This document shows, in pieces, positions 59,248-64,000 of a stretch of 64,000 nt of DNA. Made by a program: the position numbers and the translations under genes. The notes under the pieces are model-generated. The model made no database searches and was not told the origin of the DNA. It saw only the letters and a program-made list of their open reading frames with translations. The DNA comes from a virus (lineage: Duplodnaviria > Heunggongvirae > Uroviricota > Caudoviricetes). The DNA lies in the IMG/VR virus record IMGVR_UViG_3300021255_002784, positions 88,416 to 152,415 of that record. One strand, 5' to 3'. Within the stretch, counting starts at the first letter, position 1. Each line of letters starts with the position of its first letter.

Positions 59248-60302
59248 TATGCATCGTATTTTTTGAATATTGTGTCCAATTTCTTGCACAATTCAAGAAT
59301 GATTTCTTTGTATTGGTCGCGCTCCTTCAGCAGATTCGATGAATCCTTATAGTGACTATCTTCGTCTCTCAAATCAATAATGACACCACAATATCTATTG
59401 TACCACATAAGTAGACCATCCTTACCGGTATAATCAGACGACGTGTAAGAACGACCATTGCCACTATAGCGGCGCCGATCGTAGATCATTTCCATGATTC
59501 TTGTGAATGAATAACTGCTGGATATTTCATACTTTTGTGGATCTTTTGTGACGTTGGATGCCGCTTTGGTCAGGCGCGACATAATATTCTGAACCGCATC
59601 GTCCACTTCTTTGGTATCTTGGGACTGTGCAAATTTGCGTTCAGCTACTATAGCTTTCCACTTTTTAACAGCTTCTTCAGCTAATGCCTTACAACGTCCG
59701 TAGTACGTGTTCCAACCAACCCAATCCGAACGACCACCAGCTGTTTTTCCGAGTTCGCCTTTAGCGAGGTGATGTGACTTACGATCAGTATCGGTTAGTT
59801 CCCAGGCACCACCCCGGGCATTTCTGCGTTCATTTCTTAAGTCATCTACAAGATGTGCATCAATATATACTTTCACCAGATAGTCACAGCCAGCCAATAT
59901 AGCAAACTGTTCCTTCTGAGTCATATACTTGCGTTCACTAGTGGCATCCATCATGAATCTACGTGTTGAATTAAAATTCACAACAGTTATAGAAGTATCC
60001 CATGGATGGAAGATGCATTTCAGTTCCTCATTCTTGAATCCGAACACTACGTATTTCTTGGTATCCTTACCTGCTTTGAGACGGCGGATTTTAGCGAACT
60101 CATTTTCGATGTCATCCACGTCTACTATTTCCACATCATCCTTGTCTATTTCGGACCAACGAAATGCATTACCATCGGCAAAGATATCGGGCCATTTCAT
60201 GCCTTTATCATGAAGAGTTTTCCAGGCTTGATATATATGTTTTTCTTTGAAGGCTTCACAAACCATCTCAGATTCATTGACTATTTCAAACAGGTCTTTC
60301 AT
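59247..60302 (-). CDS. Hypothetical protein (MKDLFEIVNES)
   Basis: Long ORF in operon; CTS-like start. Confidence 0.65.
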   Translation of the reverse strand: MKDLFEIVNESEMVCEAFKEKHIYQAWKTLHDKGMKWPDIFADGNAFRWSEIDKDDVEIVDVDDIENEFAKIRRLKAGKDTKKYVVFGFKNEELKCIFHPWDTSITVVNFNSTRRFMMDATSERKYMTQKEQFAILAGCDYLVKVYIDAHLVDDLRNERRNARGGAWELTDTDRKSHHLAKGELGKTAGGRSDWVGWNTYYGRCKALAEEAVKKWKAIVAERKFAQSQDTKEVDDAVQNIMSRLTKAASNVTKDPQKYEISSSYSFTRIMEMIYDRRRYSGNGRSYTSSDYTGKDGLLMWYNRYCGVIIDLRDEDSHYKDSSNLLKERDQYKEIILELCKKLDTIFKKYDA

Positions 60303-60303
60303 A

Positions 60304-60849
60304 TTAGTAGATTGCATTTTGTTTTTTGACACCTGGGCAAGCCTTGTGTATATCTTTCCATTCGAACTCTTTGCCACAGTTATCCACTTTGAATAACTTA
60401 TTTGCTTTTTTCGGACATCCGTTCAGTGATGTGAGCTTTGGACAATTGATCACAGAGAATGTCTCCACTTCTTCTGGTAGTTTAGGTAACTCTTCCAAGT
60501 TAGGACAACCAGATATCATCACTATTTGAGCACGAAATGGAACGATTCGTTGTGGAATGGTTTTACCATCATATCCTTTGATGAACAAACGGTAGCAATA
60601 CATGATGGCAGGAATCACTTCAGGAATACTGCGTTCTGTGTCTTTCTTGGTTAAATATATCTCACCAAGATTATCCTCTAGACCGTGTTGACCTTCCGGG
60701 TCATCTTTAGTACCAACATAATGACGATTCTTGAAACCATGATCCCATAGCCAACCATAACCAGCTTCCTCTTTGACCTTATCATTTTGTTCGATTCTAC
60801 CTATGATATCTTCCTCGTCGTCTAATATGCTTTCGAATAAGTCTTTCAT
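60304..60849 (-). CDS. Hypothetical protein with short leucine-rich repeats (MKDLFESILDDEED)
   Basis: CPNLEELPKLP...CPKLTSLNGCPKK. Confidence 0.6.
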   Translation of the reverse strand: MKDLFESILDDEEDIIGRIEQNDKVKEEAGYGWLWDHGFKNRHYVGTKDDPEGQHGLEDNLGEIYLTKKDTERSIPEVIPAIMYCYRLFIKGYDGKTIPQRIVPFRAQIVMISGCPNLEELPKLPEEVETFSVINCPKLTSLNGCPKKANKLFKVDNCGKEFEWKDIHKACPGVKKQNAIY

Positions 60850-61448
60850 AATAGTTCTTTTTTTATATGGCGAAAATCATATATCCTATATTTACCTCCA
60901 ATTTCGGATTTCAAAACACCCCAACTCGATATTTTTATTTTTTCTGTCACAATATAATCTTCAAAGTGTTCATCTAAAACATCTATTATGGATTTGGTTT
61001 CAGGAATGTCTAAGGCGTATATAGCCGTTTCATGCAACTCCAATATATGTTCTGTAAGTGTATCAAGCGAGCGCCCCGTCACATAATCTATACTGATGTT
61101 ATAATAGCCGAATCGCGGGTCTGAAAATGTCGTTCCATAATCCTCTACATTTTGATCGGCCAACCTGCGGATTCCATATTTGGACCCAAATTTAGCGTCA
61201 GGAGGTAACTTTTTCTTGAGTTTGTTGACTATCTTTTTCACATCATCTTTAACCAGACGCAATTTGTTATCTTCTAAAAAGGTCTGCATAGGAACTTCGG
61301 TGCTCCATTTCGCCTGAAATATCCCATCGAGCATGGGTTTCATTTTTTGAAGTATCTCTTTAGCCTTCAAAAATATTGCCCCCTTCTTATCAACACTTTT
61401 TAATATGTCGTCTTCCGTGTCTAATATACTTTCGTATAATGATTTCAT
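60846..61448 (-). CDS. Hypothetical protein, tandem paralog B (MKSLYESILDTEDD)
   Basis: Aligns end-to-end with 61445-62062. Confidence 0.65.
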   Translation of the reverse strand: MKSLYESILDTEDDILKSVDKKGAIFLKAKEILQKMKPMLDGIFQAKWSTEVPMQTFLEDNKLRLVKDDVKKIVNKLKKKLPPDAKFGSKYGIRRLADQNVEDYGTTFSDPRFGYYNISIDYVTGRSLDTLTEHILELHETAIYALDIPETKSIIDVLDEHFEDYIVTEKIKISSWGVLKSEIGGKYRIYDFRHIKKELL

Positions 61449-62062
61449 AATAGTTCTTTTTTTAGGCGTTTCAAATTGTATACTCGATATTTACCCCCTA
61501 TTTTAGATTTTATTATATATGAATTAGATATCTTTATCTCTTCCTCCGTTGTATAATCTTCGAAGTATTCATTTAATTTATCTAGCATGTCTTTAGTTTC
61601 GGGGATTTCCAAGACATATATAGAGGTTTCGTATAATTGCAATATCTCTTCATCCAAATCGCTAATGCTGATTGACCTAGGTCGAGGTCCTGTGGCAGCA
61701 TATTCTATTTCAATCTTATAAAAACCGAATGGTGGATTTGAATGAGCGGTTCCATATTCTTCCACATTTTGATCAGCTAGGTGATGAACCCCATATTTTG
61801 CCATTCCAAACTTAGCATATGGAGGCAACTTTTTCCCAAGTTTGTTAACAATCTTTTCTATATCACTCTTAGTCAAACGTAAACCATTATTTTCCAAGAA
61901 AGCTTTCATAGGAAATTCGGTGCTCGCATGAAATATCTTATCGAGTCGGGGTTTCATTTTTCGAAGTATCTCTTCTCCTTTTAGAAATATGGCCCCTTTC
62001 TTATCCACGTTTTGCAATATATCATTTTCATTATCTAATATACTTTCATACAAGGATTTCAT
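61445..62062 (-). CDS. Hypothetical protein, tandem paralog A (MKSLYESILDNEND)
   Basis: Shares VDKKGAIFLK, LADQNVE.YGT and GGKYR.Y....KKELL with paralog B. Confidence 0.65.
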   Translation of the reverse strand: MKSLYESILDNENDILQNVDKKGAIFLKGEEILRKMKPRLDKIFHASTEFPMKAFLENNGLRLTKSDIEKIVNKLGKKLPPYAKFGMAKYGVHHLADQNVEEYGTAHSNPPFGFYKIEIEYAATGPRPRSISISDLDEEILQLYETSIYVLEIPETKDMLDKLNEYFEDYTTEEEIKISNSYIIKSKIGGKYRVYNLKRLKKELL

Positions 62063-62138
62063 AGATAAAATGTCTATTACTAAATAATAATGCCTGTTCT
62101 TATATATTTTTATGTATAACTTCAATACTATAACACGC

Positions 62139-62927
62139 ATGAATAAAAACATTGTAGCATTCGACGTAGAAACAACTGGACTCAATCCACAAGAGGATTA
62201 CATCATCCAGTTGGCTATGGTTAAGATCTCTGCTGACACACTTAAGGTGATCGATTCACGCAAATGGTACATCAAACCTATTCACACCTATACGATTACT
62301 CAAGGAGCTTTTGAGGCGCATGGACTCACGAAAGAGTTTATCGAAGCCAATGGGGTTAACCTTAAAGACATCGCGCCGGAGATTATTGAGTTTGTCAAGG
62401 ATTGTGATTACCTCACATACAACGGCAACTCGTTCGATGTCAAGTTTATATACAAGGACTTGGCGATAATCGGTTACACATTCCCGATGGAAGGCAAGGT
62501 GTTCTATGATGCCTTCTCTATCTACAAGATCTATCATCCCAGTACCCTGTCTGCTGTATACAAGAACATGACAGGCAAGGAACTGGAAGACGCACACGAT
62601 GCCTTTGCTGATGTGAATGCAACGATCGCTGTGTTCGAAGCGCTCCAAAAAGAACAAAACACTACACTTCAGGAATGGGCTGGGATGAAAGAGAATCAGA
62701 TGTTGTCGCCGGAAGGATCCATCAGACGAGCAACCAATATAGGAGAGGATGGAGATTATATCGTATTCGCTGTAGGCAAGTACAAGGACGCTGAGTTTTG
62801 TGAGATACTCCAGAAAGATTACGGATATGTCAAATGGTTCCTTTCCAACGTAGCGTCCGACTATACAAAGAACATACTCCGAGATTATTGTCGAAGAAAA
62901 AATGCTAAATATACCCTGCCGTCCTAA
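62139..62927 (+). CDS. DEDDh 3'-5' exonuclease (DnaQ/ExoX-like)
   Basis: FDVETTG, YNGNSFDV, AHDAFADV; C-terminal FAVGKYKD. Confidence 0.9.
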   Translation: MNKNIVAFDVETTGLNPQEDYIIQLAMVKISADTLKVIDSRKWYIKPIHTYTITQGAFEAHGLTKEFIEANGVNLKDIAPEIIEFVKDCDYLTYNGNSFDVKFIYKDLAIIGYTFPMEGKVFYDAFSIYKIYHPSTLSAVYKNMTGKELEDAHDAFADVNATIAVFEALQKEQNTTLQEWAGMKENQMLSPEGSIRRATNIGEDGDYIVFAVGKYKDAEFCEILQKDYGYVKWFLSNVASDYTKNILRDYCRRKNAKYTLPS

Positions 62928-63009
62928 AATGATGAAAGGGTATATATATATTATTTGCATCAGGTTCGATACTGAATCATATTGTTTCACCTTTTAATTT
63001 CATTTTTGA

Positions 63010-64000
63010 ATGAGTAAAAACATTTTTGCGAATCGAGTTCGAGTAGATCACACGTTCCTCGAACCAAAACCTCGTGCAACCCAAAAAGGTCCGAAGGGCA
63101 AAAGAAATTCTAAACAAGCTGAAGAGCCGGAAGAGCAGGAATACATTCGAGTAGCCTATCCGGTTTGGACAACGCCCACATCGCGTGCGCCCGAGTCCAC
63201 AATGGATTTCGAGTGGCCTAAGTACGATACCAAAGACAAGATCAAGGTGTTTACCGAAGCCGCAAAAGGTCTCACGATTATCGAGGCGTTTAAGGCTGGG
63301 TATGGTATTCCAATTCATGTCGATCCAAAGATCGAACACCAGGTGAATGATGCACCGGCAGAGCTCCGTGTTGGAGACGTGCTCGAGATGAACATTCGAA
63401 ACATCAGTAAACACGGCGTAGAGTTTGACTGCCTGAACTTCAAACAACAGATCACTTCCTGTGTGAATCTCAACCGGTTCGAAACCTTCAAACACTTCAT
63501 TCCTAAAGATCCCATCAATGTTCGGGTAGTATCCTCTACACGAGAAAAGGCAGTTGTCGATCCATTATCCCCGATGTTGGATGAGTGGTTGAAGCCGATT
63601 CTCGAAAACCCAGACGTTCAACGTGTGATTGATGCACCACAAACGGTCGAGGTGAAAGATCTCAGACTAACCAAAGGTGGATTCGTAGGCCGAGCGGTGG
63701 TTCCCAACATCAGTCGTTATTTATCGGAAGACTATACCATCGAAGCATTCATTCCCGGATCGCAGATTGTTCTCAATATCGAGGATGATTTCAACAAATG
63801 GGTAGGCAAGACGGTACATGCGTTTGTTACCAATTACATTCCGAAACCAGGAAACATCAATCAGATGTCACTTATCTGTTCCGTCAAGGAATACCTCAAG
63901 TTCATCGGCGAGCGCAACATGGTGAATCTATTTGGTAAATGGTGTGATGACAGCAAAGAGTGGGACGTACTATCGCGTGAGGTTCTTTCTGGGCGAGTAA
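63010..64000 (+). CDS. rpsA: S1 RNA-binding domain protein, ribosomal protein bS1-like (truncated by window edge)
   Basis: Open frame from ATG 63010 to the end; KGGF...IEAFIPGSQI...DDFNKWVGKTV resembles the S1 motif GG...EAFLPGSQI...VGKT. Confidence 0.65.
   Translation, partial: MSKNIFANRVRVDHTFLEPKPRATQKGPKGKRNSKQAEEPEEQEYIRVAYPVWTTPTSRAPESTMDFEWPKYDTKDKIKVFTEAAKGLTIIEAFKAGYGIPIHVDPKIEHQVNDAPAELRVGDVLEMNIRNISKHGVEFDCLNFKQQITSCVNLNRFETFKHFIPKDPINVRVVSSTREKAVVDPLSPMLDEWLKPILENPDVQRVIDAPQTVEVKDLRLTKGGFVGRAVVPNISRYLSEDYTIEAFIPGSQIVLNIEDDFNKWVGKTVHAFVTNYIPKPGNINQMSLICSVKEYLKFIGERNMVNLFGKWCDDSKEWDVLSREVLSGRV

Noticed and set aside
62256-62990. 244-aa antisense ORF opposite the DnaQ-like exonuclease, and similar shadow ORFs (e.g. 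13893-14372, 62977-63495, 17672-18250)
   Set aside because: They lie opposite clearly recognisable genes and have no motifs; most likely codon-bias shadows.
1-64000. Stop-codon reassignment (TAG to Gln, as in Lak and some crAss-like phages)
   Set aside because: Long conserved genes (PolB, UvsW, primase-helicase) are intact in the standard code. Reading through the TAG at 4040 hits TGA within ~11 codons, so recoding does not join the terminase halves.
1-64000. tRNA/rRNA genes
   Set aside because: Intergenic gaps are short, and none showed a cloverleaf with T-loop GTTCRA and CCA; a tRNAscan-SE run would confirm.

Overview
A 64-kb, gene-dense segment of a large T4-like (myovirus-type, probably jumbo) bacteriophage genome, read in the standard genetic code. 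The host is most likely an anaerobic Bacteroidota bacterium. This is inferred from AT-rich leaders without Shine-Dalgarno sites, a Bacteroides-type NrdG, a DLGLSVKWA-motif protein and a Bacteroidota-like S1 motif. Morphogenesis genes: gp14-, gp26/gp51-, gp17-, gp2-, gp6-, gp25-, gp5-, gp15- and gp4-like proteins, plus a modular fibre/adhesin cassette. Replication and nucleotide genes: PolB, RNase H, gp32-like SSB, a primase-SF2 helicase fusion, UvsW, a DnaQ-like exonuclease, dCTP deaminase/dUTPase, dNMP kinase and NrdG. There is also a sigma-70 factor, an RNA ligase with an adjacent phosphoesterase, and a ribosomal protein S1-like gene that runs off the right edge. Three things stand out. (1) An operon combines a RimK-like ATP-grasp ligase fused to a RimB-like protease with two DUF1704/MATCAP-like HExxxH-EGLA carboxypeptidases, a candidate writer/eraser system for C-terminal protein tagging. 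(2) The large terminase is fractured into two genes joined by an atypically split intein, with a Vsr-like homing endonuclease gene between them. (3) About 15 unrelated proteins share an MKSLYESILD/E-type N-terminus resembling the T4 capsid-targeting sequence. All assignments come from motif recognition by eye; no database search was run.
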